Positions 26,552-34,009 of a stretch of 64,000 nucleotides of DNA are shown here, piece by piece. Both the position numbers and the translations under genes were made by a program. A model generated the notes under the pieces. That model ran no database searches. It was not told the origin of the DNA and saw only the letters and a list, made by a program, of their open reading frames with translations. Source of the stretch: Acidimicrobiales bacterium (lineage in GTDB: Bacteria; Actinomycetota; Acidimicrobiia; Acidimicrobiales; GCA-2861595). How positions within the stretch are numbered: the first letter of the stretch is position 1; the number at the start of each line of letters is the position of its first letter. The DNA lies in contig JBKJNA010000027.1 of NCBI GenBank assembly GCA_046596195.1, forward strand, positions 913-64,912. Direction: 5' to 3'.

Positions 26552-27619
26552 TCAGCCCTTCTTCCCGCTGCCGGCGAAGGGGGGCTTGACGACCCGGGCG
26601 GGCACGAGGTTGTCCCGGATGTCGACCGCCACCTCGGCCCCGACCTCGGTGGCCGGCGGCACGAAGGCGAGGGCGATGCCCCGCCCCAGCACCGGCGAGA
26701 AGTTGCCGCTGGTGACCTCGCCCGCCGGCTCGCCGTCGACGACCACCGGGTAGCCCTGGCGGGGGGGCTGGCGACCTTCCACCAGCAGGCCGCGCAGGAC
26801 CCGGGCGGGGCCCCGCTCCCGTTCTGCGTGGAGGGCGGCCTTGCCGGCGAAAGCCGGCTTGTCCCACGCCACGACCCAGCCCAGGCCGGCCTGCAGCGGG
26901 GTGATCCCCGCGCCCAGCTCGTGGCCGTGGAGCGGGAGGCCCGCTTCGAGGCGCAGCGTGTCCCGGGCGCCGAGGCCGGCGGGGGTGATCCCGCAGCCCA
27001 TCACCGCCGCCCAGAACGACGGCGCGGCGGTGGCCGGCACGGCGCACTCCACGCCGTCCTCGCCGGTGTAGCCGGTGCCGGCGGCCACGCAGGGGATGCC
27101 CTCCCAGTCGAACTCCGCCACCTCGAAGCGGGGGACGGCGGCGGCCTGCGGCGCAGCGATGGACAGCCACTCGCGTGCCAGCGGGCCCTGGACGGCGATG
27201 ATGGCCCGGCCGGCGGTGACGTCCTCGCCGCCGATGGCCTCGACCACCCTGGACGTGTTGGACGCGTTGGGCATCACATCGAAGGCGCCGTCCGGGCGCC
27301 ACCACACGATGATGTCGTCGAGCACCGAGGCGTCGGCGTCGTCGAGCAGGTGGGTGTACTGGGCCCGGCCGGGGCCGATGCGCCCGAGATCGTTGGTGAG
27401 CACGCCGTTGAGGTGCTCGAAAGCCCCTGCGCCCTCCATCCGTACGGTGCCCAGGTGGCTGACGTCGAACGCCACCGCGCCCTCCCTGCACGCCCGGTGC
27501 TCGGCCAGGGTGCCGGCCGGGTACGACAGCGCCATGTCCCAGCCCCCGAAACTGACCATCTTGGCGCCCAGGGCGCGGTGAGCTGCGTCGAGAGGCGAAC
27601 GGCGCAGGGGGTTGGCCAC
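26552..27619 (-). CDS. gcvT: Glycine cleavage system aminomethyltransferase T
   Basis: Contains SPLDAAHRALGAKMVSFGGWDMALSY...AFDVSHLG...GYTGEDGVE. Confidence 0.9.
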   Translation of the reverse strand: MANPLRRSPLDAAHRALGAKMVSFGGWDMALSYPAGTLAEHRACREGAVAFDVSHLGTVRMEGAGAFEHLNGVLTNDLGRIGPGRAQYTHLLDDADASVLDDIIVWWRPDGAFDVMPNASNTSRVVEAIGGEDVTAGRAIIAVQGPLAREWLSIAAPQAAAVPRFEVAEFDWEGIPCVAAGTGYTGEDGVECAVPATAAPSFWAAVMGCGITPAGLGARDTLRLEAGLPLHGHELGAGITPLQAGLGWVVAWDKPAFAGKAALHAERERGPARVLRGLLVEGRQPPRQGYPVVVDGEPAGEVTSGNFSPVLGRGIALAFVPPATEVGAEVAVDIRDNLVPARVVKPPFAGSGKKG

Positions 27620-27689
27620 CTCGTCAGCCTACGGCCGGCGCCTACCCCCGGCACCGATGCCTACACGCCACCGGGGGCGGTAGCGGCCT

Positions 27690-28274
27690 TCAGTCGCCGA
27701 CGGCGAAGTCGAGAGAACGTGGCTCCTGGTCGTCGAGGGCGGCGTCGGCCAGCTGCGACGGCTCCTCGAGCCCGTATTTCACCAGCAGGTTGAGGTAGTC
27801 CCGCTGGTAGAAGATCTTGACGTTGACGTCCGGGTACTGCTCACGGAGGCGGCGGATCTTGGCGTTCTTCTTCGTGACCAGCTTCTGGTTGAGCGTGGTG
27901 ATCTCGATGTACAGCTCGTAGGCCGGCAGGTAGAAGTCGGGACGGAAGGCCTGCACCGGCTTGCCCACCCGGTCGTAGGCGAGAGTGAACTCCGTGGGCT
28001 CGTAGTCCCACGTGATGCCGTAGAAGTCGAGGAGCTTGGCGAACTGGCGCTCCGAGTTGTGGGCGAAGCGGACCTGTTCGTGGGGGAGCGGCTCCCCGTC
28101 CAGGGTGCTATCCCCGGCTGCCGGACCTGGCCAGGCTGCTGCCGTCGCCCTCTCCCTCCGCGTTGACGACGACGGGCGCCGGCACCTCGGGGGCGGGCGC
28201 CAGGTCGGTGATGGCGGCGTCGAGCTCGCGCACGACGCCGGCCAGGGGCACGATGTTGAGCACGCCCTGGCCAC
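27690..28274 (-). CDS. Conserved hypothetical protein with a PD-(D/E)xK-like core; start codon unresolved
   Basis: The C-terminal 135 aa are strongly coding (FAKLLDFYGITWDYEP...RPDFYLP...ELYIEITTLNQK). The only ATG/GTG/TTG in frame upstream of the conserved part is GTG 28274, which is 167 nt inside the MerR gene. Confidence 0.55.
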   Translation of the reverse strand: MARACSTSCPWPASCASSTPPSPTWRPPPRCRRPSSSTRRERATAAAWPGPAAGDSTLDGEPLPHEQVRFAHNSERQFAKLLDFYGITWDYEPTEFTLAYDRVGKPVQAFRPDFYLPAYELYIEITTLNQKLVTKKNAKIRRLREQYPDVNVKIFYQRDYLNLLVKYGLEEPSQLADAALDDQEPRSLDFAVGD

Positions 28275-28608
28275 CCTTGAGCAGGTCGATGATCTCCTCG
28301 CCCGACTGGGCCAGCACGGACTGGGACCCGTGCAGGACCAAGTTGGCGGTTGCTACCTCGGCGCCGCTGTGGCGCAGCACCTCCAGGGCGCGCCGGGCCG
28401 ACTGGAGCGACACGCCGGCGTCGAGCAGGCGCTTGATCACCTTCAACTCGAGCAGGTCCCGGTAGGAGTACCTGCGCTGCGTGCCGCTCCCGCGCGCCTC
28501 GCTGATCGACGGACGCAACAGATCGGTACGGGCCCAGTAATCCAGCTGGCGGTAGGTGATCCCCACGATCTTGCAGACCTGCGGACCGCGGAACCCATCT
28601 TCAGGCAT
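28108..28608 (-). CDS. MerR family transcriptional regulator (Rv1830-like position)
   Basis: HTH sequence VCKIVGITYRQLDYWARTDLL...RRYSYRDLLELKVIKRLLDAGVSL. AGGAGG lies upstream of the ATG. Confidence 0.85.
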   Translation of the reverse strand: MPEDGFRGPQVCKIVGITYRQLDYWARTDLLRPSISEARGSGTQRRYSYRDLLELKVIKRLLDAGVSLQSARRALEVLRHSGAEVATANLVLHGSQSVLAQSGEEIIDLLKGGQGVLNIVPLAGVVRELDAAITDLAPAPEVPAPVVVNAEGEGDGSSLARSGSRG

Positions 28609-28646
28609 CGGGGAAGTGCCCTCCTGTGCCGGCTACGCCGGATGGC

Positions 28647-28671
28647 CCACTGTGACCCGGTGCCACAGTGG
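28647..28671. promoter_or_regulatory. Perfect dyad CCACTGTG-N9-CACAGTGG upstream of the MerR gene
   Basis: 8-bp arms at 28647-28654 and 28664-28671, 39-63 nt upstream of the MerR ATG. The right arm overlaps the first 17-bp repeat unit. Confidence 0.5.
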
Positions 28672-28733
28672 CTGAATTACGACAGTGGCTGAATTACGAC
28701 AGTGGCTGAATTACAACAGTGGCGGAATTACAC
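28666..28733. repeat. 17-bp tandem repeat x4 (CAGTGGCTGAATTACGA)
   Basis: Units at 28666, 28683, 28700 and 28717. The first two are identical, the third has 1 change and the fourth has 3 changes. The sequence is AT-rich relative to the genome. Confidence 0.9.
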
Positions 28734-28756
28734 CGTTGGAACCACGGTACGACGCC

Positions 28757-28793
28757 CCGGCCCGCCCGTCAACGACCGGCCCGGGCGGGCAGG
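28757..28793 (-). terminator. GC-rich hairpin downstream of the bifunctional-nuclease gene
   Basis: GCCCGCCCG-N13-CGGGCGGGC forms a 9-bp perfect stem, extendable to 12. There is no U-tract. Confidence 0.35.
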
Positions 28794-28797
28794 CGGC

Positions 28798-29313
28798 TCA
28801 GGAGCTGAAGTCCTCGGGGCGGATGCCCTCGATGAACTGGCGGAACTGCGAGACGAGCTCGTCGGGAGCGGTCTCGTCGTCGTCGTCCTCGGCGTCGAGC
28901 ACCACGCCGGCGGCGTCGAGGAGGTCGTCCTCAGCGAAGATGGGCGTGCCCGTGCGGGCGGCCAGGGCGATGGCGTCGGACGGTCGGGCCGAAATGACCT
29001 GGGACTCGCCGCCCTGGCGCAGGTGCAGCTCGGCGTAGTAGGTGCCGCTGCGTCCGTCCTCGCCCATCCGAAGCTCGGTGACGACGACCCGCTCCAGCGT
29101 GGCGCCCAGGGCGACGAGGAGGTCCCGCATGAGGTCGTGGGTCATGGGCCGCGGCGGCACGACCTTCTGCAGGGCGAACGCGATGGCGGTGGCCTCGGGC
29201 GCGCCGATGAAGATGGGCAGCGTTCGCCGGGCGCCCTCGACCTCCTGGAGTAACACGACCGGATTGTTGGTGGGCAGCTCAACGCGTACTGCGGCGAGGT
29301 GCATCTCCACCAT
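28798..29313 (-). CDS. Bifunctional nuclease family protein (DUF151; Rv1829-like)
   Basis: Contains NNPVVLLQE...RTLPIFIGAPEATAIAFAL...RPMTHDL...ARPSDAIALA and an acidic tail. Confidence 0.8.
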   Translation of the reverse strand: MVEMHLAAVRVELPTNNPVVLLQEVEGARRTLPIFIGAPEATAIAFALQKVVPPRPMTHDLMRDLLVALGATLERVVVTELRMGEDGRSGTYYAELHLRQGGESQVISARPSDAIALAARTGTPIFAEDDLLDAAGVVLDAEDDDDETAPDELVSQFRQFIEGIRPEDFSS

Positions 29314-29322
29314 GAGCCAACC

Positions 29323-29880
29323 CTACCGTGCGAAGAACTGCTCCACGTGCGCATCGGGATCGGCCCGCAGCGCCGCCAGGTCGCCCGCCGCCACGAGTTC
29401 CAGGTTCCGGTAGCGCTCGGCGAAATCGAGGCCGTAGCCGACCACGAAGTCGTCGCCGATGGTGAACCCGACGAAGCGCACCGGCGTGGGCACGATGCGC
29501 CGGGTGGCCTTGTCGAGCAACGCGCAGGCCTCGAGGCTGCGCGGGCCGCGCCGGCCCAGCTGGCCGAGCAGGTAGGTGAGGGTGAGCCCGGTGTCGACGA
29601 TGTCCTCGACCAGCACCACGTCGCGCCCGGCGATGTCGATGTCGAGGTCCTTCACGAGGCGGACCCGGCCGGTGTCGGGCGCGTACGACGAGATGGCCAG
29701 GAAGTCCACCTCGGGGACGATCGACAGCGCCCGCACCAGGTCGGCCAGGAACGGGACGCTGCCCTTGAGCACGGCGACGAGCACCACGCCGTCGCCGTAG
29801 ACAGCCGAGATCTCGTCCGCCAACCGGGCCACGCCGGCGCGCAGCTCGTGGACCGGGATCAGGACCCGGGCGTCGGTCAT
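29323..29880 (-). CDS. hpt: Hypoxanthine phosphoribosyltransferase
   Basis: PRPP motif VVLVEDIVDTGLTL, with KGS..F.ADL and YGLDF. The in-frame ATG at 29880 gives 185 aa; the ORF extension to 29979 is repeat-derived. Confidence 0.9.
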   Translation of the reverse strand: MTDARVLIPVHELRAGVARLADEISAVYGDGVVLVAVLKGSVPFLADLVRALSIVPEVDFLAISSYAPDTGRVRLVKDLDIDIAGRDVVLVEDIVDTGLTLTYLLGQLGRRGPRSLEACALLDKATRRIVPTPVRFVGFTIGDDFVVGYGLDFAERYRNLELVAAGDLAALRADPDAHVEQFFAR

Positions 29881-30033
29881 GACCGGCCCGGGAGGACGGT
29901 CCCATGAACAACTCGCTGGTGCGACATCACGAAGGGATGGTGCACCAGTGACCGGCCCGGGAGGACGGTCCATGAGCAACTCAGTGGTGCGCCATGCCGA
30001 AGGGCATGGTGCACCAGTGACCGGTCCGGCCCT
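29879..30033 (+). repeat. MIRU-like repeat array: two 69-bp units plus a 17-bp partial unit
   Basis: Units at 29879-29947 and 29948-30016, with partial GTGACCGGTCCGGCCC at 30017-30033. The orientation is the same as copy A, but the flanking genes are on the opposite strand. Confidence 0.85.
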
Positions 30034-30090
30034 TCTGGTCGGTGAAACAGTGCGAAGTTCACACCGATTCGCCGACCGGAACGCGGCGGC

Positions 30091-31155
30091 TCACCCGCCC
30101 GAGAGGCGGCGCAGCGACTGGCGCAACACGGCGGCCCGCAGGCTCTGCCCCAGGCGGGTGAGCTCTTCGAGGGACTCCACCGCCTGACGGCGGGCCTCGG
30201 GGTTGCGCTGCTTGAGCAGCGGCGTGACGATCTGCTCGAACAGGCCGGCCTCGCGTTCGGCCGAGTTCTTGTAGATCCGCAGGTGACGGCCCTCAATGCC
30301 GAAGCTGGCGAAGCCCACGGCCAGGTTGGCCACGACCAGGGCCTCCTCGTCGTAGTACACGGTGCCGGCCACGGGCCGGCCGGCGATGAACCCGTACCTC
30401 TCCAGCTCCCGAAGGCGGTCGTAGGGCAGGCCGGTGGCCGACGCCAGTTCCTCGAGGGAGAGGCTCACGCCGCTCATGCCGGCCGACAGGCTGGTGGCAT
30501 GGGCGGCGGGGGGCGGCGGCCTGGTGGGCGGTGTCAGCGGTTGAGACGGCTCGACCGCCGGCGGGGGGGCTGCAGCAGGGGCGGGGCCAGGGGCCACTAC
30601 GGGTGGGGCGGCCATCGCCACCTCGGCCGCCGGGACAGTGGGCTTGTGGCCGGCGGGGGCCGGCGGAGCGGCAACCGGAGCCGCCGGAGCGGGCTGGGCG
30701 GCAACCGGTGGCGGTGAAGCGAGCGGGCCGGGGGCGGCGGCCGGCGACGCGGGCGCCGCGGCAACCGGGGCGGGAGGAGGCGGGGCGGTGGCGGCAACCG
30801 GCCCGGGGCCCGGTGGCGCCACCGGAGGTGCGTCGACCACGGCGGTGGCGAGACTGTCCCTCCCGGCAGCGGGCACCGGCCCGCCGTCGTCGGCGCCGGC
30901 GTCGTCGCCCGTGCTCACACCGAGGCGGCCCTTGATCACCTTCAGGGGCAGGAAGTGCTCGCGCTGCTGGCGAAGGATCCACCGCAGCCGGTCGACGTCG
31001 GGCTCGTAGAACTTCCGGTACCCCGAGGCCGTTCGCTCGGGGTCGAGCAGGCCCTGGCTCTCCAGAAAGCGGATCTTCGAGATGGTGACGTCGGGGAACT
31101 CGTCCTTGAGGAGGGACAGCACCTCACCGATGGACAGGTACGCCCGGTCCCCCAC
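30091..31155 (-). CDS. MerR family regulator with a long Pro/Ala-rich linker (Rv1828 / FtsR-like)
   Basis: Contains LSIGEVLSLLKDEFPDVTISKIRFLESQGLL...SGYRKFYEPDVDRLRWIL, and a C-terminal second MerR-like dimerisation region. Confidence 0.8.
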   Translation of the reverse strand: MGDRAYLSIGEVLSLLKDEFPDVTISKIRFLESQGLLDPERTASGYRKFYEPDVDRLRWILRQQREHFLPLKVIKGRLGVSTGDDAGADDGGPVPAAGRDSLATAVVDAPPVAPPGPGPVAATAPPPPAPVAAAPASPAAAPGPLASPPPVAAQPAPAAPVAAPPAPAGHKPTVPAAEVAMAAPPVVAPGPAPAAAPPPAVEPSQPLTPPTRPPPPAAHATSLSAGMSGVSLSLEELASATGLPYDRLRELERYGFIAGRPVAGTVYYDEEALVVANLAVGFASFGIEGRHLRIYKNSAEREAGLFEQIVTPLLKQRNPEARRQAVESLEELTRLGQSLRAAVLRQSLRRLSGG

Positions 31156-31161
31156 CGACGC

Positions 31162-31641
31162 TCACACCTCGCCGGCGGCGAGGAAGACGAGCTTGAACTT
31201 GCCGATCTGCACCTCGTCGCCGTGGGCCAGCGGCGCCTCGTCGAGGCGCTCGCGGTTCAGGTACGTGCCGTTCAGCGAGCCGACGTCGCGCACGACATAG
31301 CCAGGGCCCTGGCGCACGAACTCGGCGTGGCGCCGCGACACGGTGATGTCGTCGAGGAAGATCTCGCTGTCGGGATGACGCCCGGCGCGGGTTGTGTCGG
31401 CCTCCAGCATGAACCGGGAGCCGGCGTTGGGGCCCCGCTTCACCATCATCATCCCCATGCCCTCGGGGATGCCATCCATGCTGACGCTCAGGTCGTCCTC
31501 GCCGGCGTCCCCCGCCGCCTCGTTGGTGAACACGATGGTGGTCTCCTCACCTCCGGCGGCCAGCACGCCACCGCACGACGAGCAGAAGTTGGCCCCGGCG
31601 GGATTGCGATGGCCACACCGGTTGCAGAACACGCCATCCAC
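31162..31641 (-). CDS. FHA-domain protein (GarA/OdhI-like) with an N-terminal zinc ribbon
   Basis: Contains CNRCGHRNPAGANFCSSCGG, an EETTIVF motif, and the FHA core GRHPDSEIFLDDITVSRRHAEF...SLNGTYLN. The GTG at 31641 follows the gcvH stop; the longer ORF start at 31692 would overlap gcvH. Confidence 0.8.
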   Translation of the reverse strand: MDGVFCNRCGHRNPAGANFCSSCGGVLAAGGEETTIVFTNEAAGDAGEDDLSVSMDGIPEGMGMMMVKRGPNAGSRFMLEADTTRAGRHPDSEIFLDDITVSRRHAEFVRQGPGYVVRDVGSLNGTYLNRERLDEAPLAHGDEVQIGKFKLVFLAAGEV

Positions 31642-31642
31642 G

Positions 31643-32038
31643 CTATTCCGCCGGAGCGTCGCCCGTGACCAGTGCCCGGTACGCGTCCGCATCGAGCAGC
31701 CCCTCGAAGCTGGTCGCGTCGGTCGGGGCGATCACGCAGATCCAGCCGTCGCCGTAGGGATCCTCGTTCACCCGCTGCGGTGCGTCGACCAGCGCCGAGT
31801 TGACCTCGACGACGTGGCCGGCCACCGGCGCGTAGATGTCGGACACCGACTTGGTGGACTCGACCTCGCTGAACGACGCCCCTACGTCGACGGCCGTGCC
31901 CGGTTCGGGGAGCTGGACGAACACCACGTCGCCCAGAGCGTCCTGGGCGAAGTCGGTGATGCCGATGCGGATGCCGCCCGCGTCCAGCCGGGCCCACTCG
32001 TGGTCGGCGGTGTACCGGAGCTCGGGGGGAACGTTCAT
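31643..32038 (-). CDS. gcvH: Glycine cleavage system protein H
   Basis: Contains YTADHEWAR...GITDFAQDALGDVVFV and the lipoyl-lysine motif EVESTKSVSDIYAPV. In-frame ATG at 32038. Confidence 0.9.
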   Translation of the reverse strand: MNVPPELRYTADHEWARLDAGGIRIGITDFAQDALGDVVFVQLPEPGTAVDVGASFSEVESTKSVSDIYAPVAGHVVEVNSALVDAPQRVNEDPYGDGWICVIAPTDATSFEGLLDADAYRALVTGDAPAE

Positions 32039-32076
32039 CGGTGGAGAACCTCCGTGGGCGGCGCCTGGAGCGCCCG

Positions 32077-32874
32077 TCAAGGGCCGGACCCTACCGGACG
32101 CGCCACCCGGAAGGCGGGGGCGCGGGCGAGGGCGGGCACGTCGAGCTTGGCCGACCGTGCCACCTCGGCCCGGACCCCCCGGAGGGCGTCGAGGGTGTCG
32201 AGCACGCCGCCGGGAATCTTGAGCCCTCCCTCGAGGGTGGTGGCCTGGCCGATGGCGGTGATCCGGAACGGCGCCGACAACGGGCTGGCGTCGAGGAGGA
32301 CGCGCCCCTCCCGCTCGGCCAGCGACGACGCCACGCCGATGCGTATGTCGTTGATGGCCACCGCCTCGGCGCCCGCGTCGCGCAGCTCCTGCACCGCGTC
32401 GATGAGGGCGTCGTAACCGACGGCGCCCTCGGGGTCGTCCACCACCAGGGTGAGGCCGGGGCCGGTGACGGCCACCGTGCCCGCCAGCACCGCCAAGGCA
32501 TCGATCTGGGAACGGGCGGCACGCTCGGCGGTGCCGTCCTGGCGCGAGCTGTTGCGCAGGTTGACGAGCTGGAGCTTGAGGTCGCTGATCTCGTCGCGTA
32601 GGGAGTCGGCCTCGTCGGTGAGGCTGGCCAGGATCCGGGCCAAGTCCTCCTCGCTCTCCGCCTCCAGGCGCTGGCGGAATCGCTCGCTGGCGCCCATCTG
32701 GCTGACGAGGAGGAAGCCGACGACGGCCGTGGCCACCACCACGAGGGCAGGGCCGGAACCGAACGACCGCGCCCGGGCGCCGGCCGCCGGCCGCGTGGGC
32801 GCACCGGTCGGCCGGCCACCGGTCCGCACCCAGCGCCGGCGCAGGCGGCCCAGCTCGGCGCCGAGCGAGATCAC
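32077..32874 (-). CDS. DUF881 domain membrane protein (Rv1825-like)
   Basis: An N-terminal TM helix and coiled coil are followed by a conserved C-terminal domain. The gene is paired with a second DUF881 gene and a small basic protein, as in other actinobacteria. Confidence 0.7.
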   Translation of the reverse strand: MISLGAELGRLRRRWVRTGGRPTGAPTRPAAGARARSFGSGPALVVVATAVVGFLLVSQMGASERFRQRLEAESEEDLARILASLTDEADSLRDEISDLKLQLVNLRNSSRQDGTAERAARSQIDALAVLAGTVAVTGPGLTLVVDDPEGAVGYDALIDAVQELRDAGAEAVAINDIRIGVASSLAEREGRVLLDASPLSAPFRITAIGQATTLEGGLKIPGGVLDTLDALRGVRAEVARSAKLDVPALARAPAFRVARPVGSGP

Positions 32875-32887
32875 ACCGCCTCCGCCC

Positions 32888-33214
32888 TCATCCGCCTACC
32901 AGGCGACGCCTGATGGCGGCCACGTTCTGGAAGATGCGGATGCCGAGCACCACGACGACGGCGGTGACGAGGTCGACCGACAGCTGGTCGCCCAGCCACA
33001 CCAGGGCGATGGCCACCAGGGCGTTCGAGAGGAAGGAGATGACGAAGATGCGGTCGTTGAAGGTGCGTTCGAGCGACGACCGCATGCCGCCCAGGGTGGC
33101 GTCGAGGGCGGCGACGACGGCCATGGCCACGTACCGCGACAGGTCCTGGGGAACGGTGGGCTGGAGCAGCACGGCGACGAGCGCCCCGATGGCGAGGCCG
33201 ATCAGCGGGAGCAT
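32888..33214 (-). CDS. Small basic membrane protein (DUF1290; Rv1824-like)
   Basis: 108 aa with 3 TM helices, lying between the two DUF881 genes. Confidence 0.7.
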   Translation of the reverse strand: MLPLIGLAIGALVAVLLQPTVPQDLSRYVAMAVVAALDATLGGMRSSLERTFNDRIFVISFLSNALVAIALVWLGDQLSVDLVTAVVVVLGIRIFQNVAAIRRRLVGG

Positions 33215-33958
33215 CTAGGAGGGCTGGGCCGAGGTGATCGCCACCCGCCCGGCGTAGGCGGGGACGGTCAGCTCCCGTTGCTGGACACTGAAGCCGAGGC
33301 CGAACAGCTTCGTCCAGCGGTCGAAGCGCCGGGCGATCTCGCTGTCCTCGAAGCCTGTGCGGTCGGCGCCGATGGCCGAAACCTTGTAGGGCGGGCTGAG
33401 GGGGCGGAAGTTCACGACGATGGTGTCCCCCGCCGCCCGGATGGGCGTGGTGGCCACCAGCCGACTGTCGTTGACCGCCACCGCCTCGGCCCCTGCCGCG
33501 AAGAGGGCGTTCACCACCAGTTGGAGATCCGAGTCATGGATGCGGAACGCGCCGGCGTTCTCCTCGGAGTCGGGCTTGCGGGATGAGTCGTTCAAGGTCA
33601 CCGTGAGGCCCTTTCCCTCCACTGCGACGGTGCCGGCCTGCATCGCCAGGGTGGCGGCCGCGTCGGCGTCGGCCCGGTCGAGTTGGCTGCGCCGGGCCAC
33701 CTGGCGTTGCGCGTCGGCCACCTCGCCCCGCAGTACGTGGAGGGCCTCGTCCTGCTCGGCCACCAGTGACCGCCGGCGCTGGATCAGGTCGATCAGCTCG
33801 GTCTTGCGGGGCTGCGCCTCCCGCCGGGCGTCGCCGGCCGACGACGCTGCCGTCACCAGCAGGAAGCCCAGCACGGCGCAGGCACCGGCGAGGACGAGGG
33901 ATGGCGGGCGTCGCACACGTCCATTCTCCCCCGCCGGAGGGTGCCGCTGAACAGCCAA
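33215..33958 (-). CDS. DUF881 domain membrane protein (Rv1823-like)
   Basis: Paralogue of 32077..32874 with the same architecture. Confidence 0.7.
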   Translation of the reverse strand: MAVQRHPPAGENGRVRRPPSLVLAGACAVLGFLLVTAASSAGDARREAQPRKTELIDLIQRRRSLVAEQDEALHVLRGEVADAQRQVARRSQLDRADADAAATLAMQAGTVAVEGKGLTVTLNDSSRKPDSEENAGAFRIHDSDLQLVVNALFAAGAEAVAVNDSRLVATTPIRAAGDTIVVNFRPLSPPYKVSAIGADRTGFEDSEIARRFDRWTKLFGLGFSVQQRELTVPAYAGRVAITSAQPS

Positions 33959-34009
33959 TATGCGCAGGTGCCGATCTGACCGGAGGATGACCAGGCCCGG
34001 CGCCGGGCG

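Noticed and set aside
27620-27689. Possible glycine riboswitch upstream of gcvT
   Set aside because: Only 70 nt are available. On the gcvT strand I find no GGAGAG...CACCGAAGGGGCAA-type cores, only short GC hairpins. The gap is too short for even one aptamer plus an expression platform.
28666-28733. Tandem repeats as a CRISPR array (also 39195-39239 and 29879-30033)
   Set aside because: The units are contiguous with no unique spacers. Unit lengths (17, 15 and 69 bp) and copy numbers do not fit CRISPR, and no cas genes are present in the window.
29904-29951. Mini-ORFs inside the MIRU-like units as genuine peptides (MNNSLVRHHEGMVHQ*, preceded by GGGAGGA)
   Set aside because: The peptide sequence is poorly conserved between copies ([43 protein letters not shown]...). 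The underlying hairpin changes in a compensatory way instead. At this locus the plus strand is antisense to both flanking genes. Translation for coupling purposes at copy A remains possible, but a functional peptide is unlikely.
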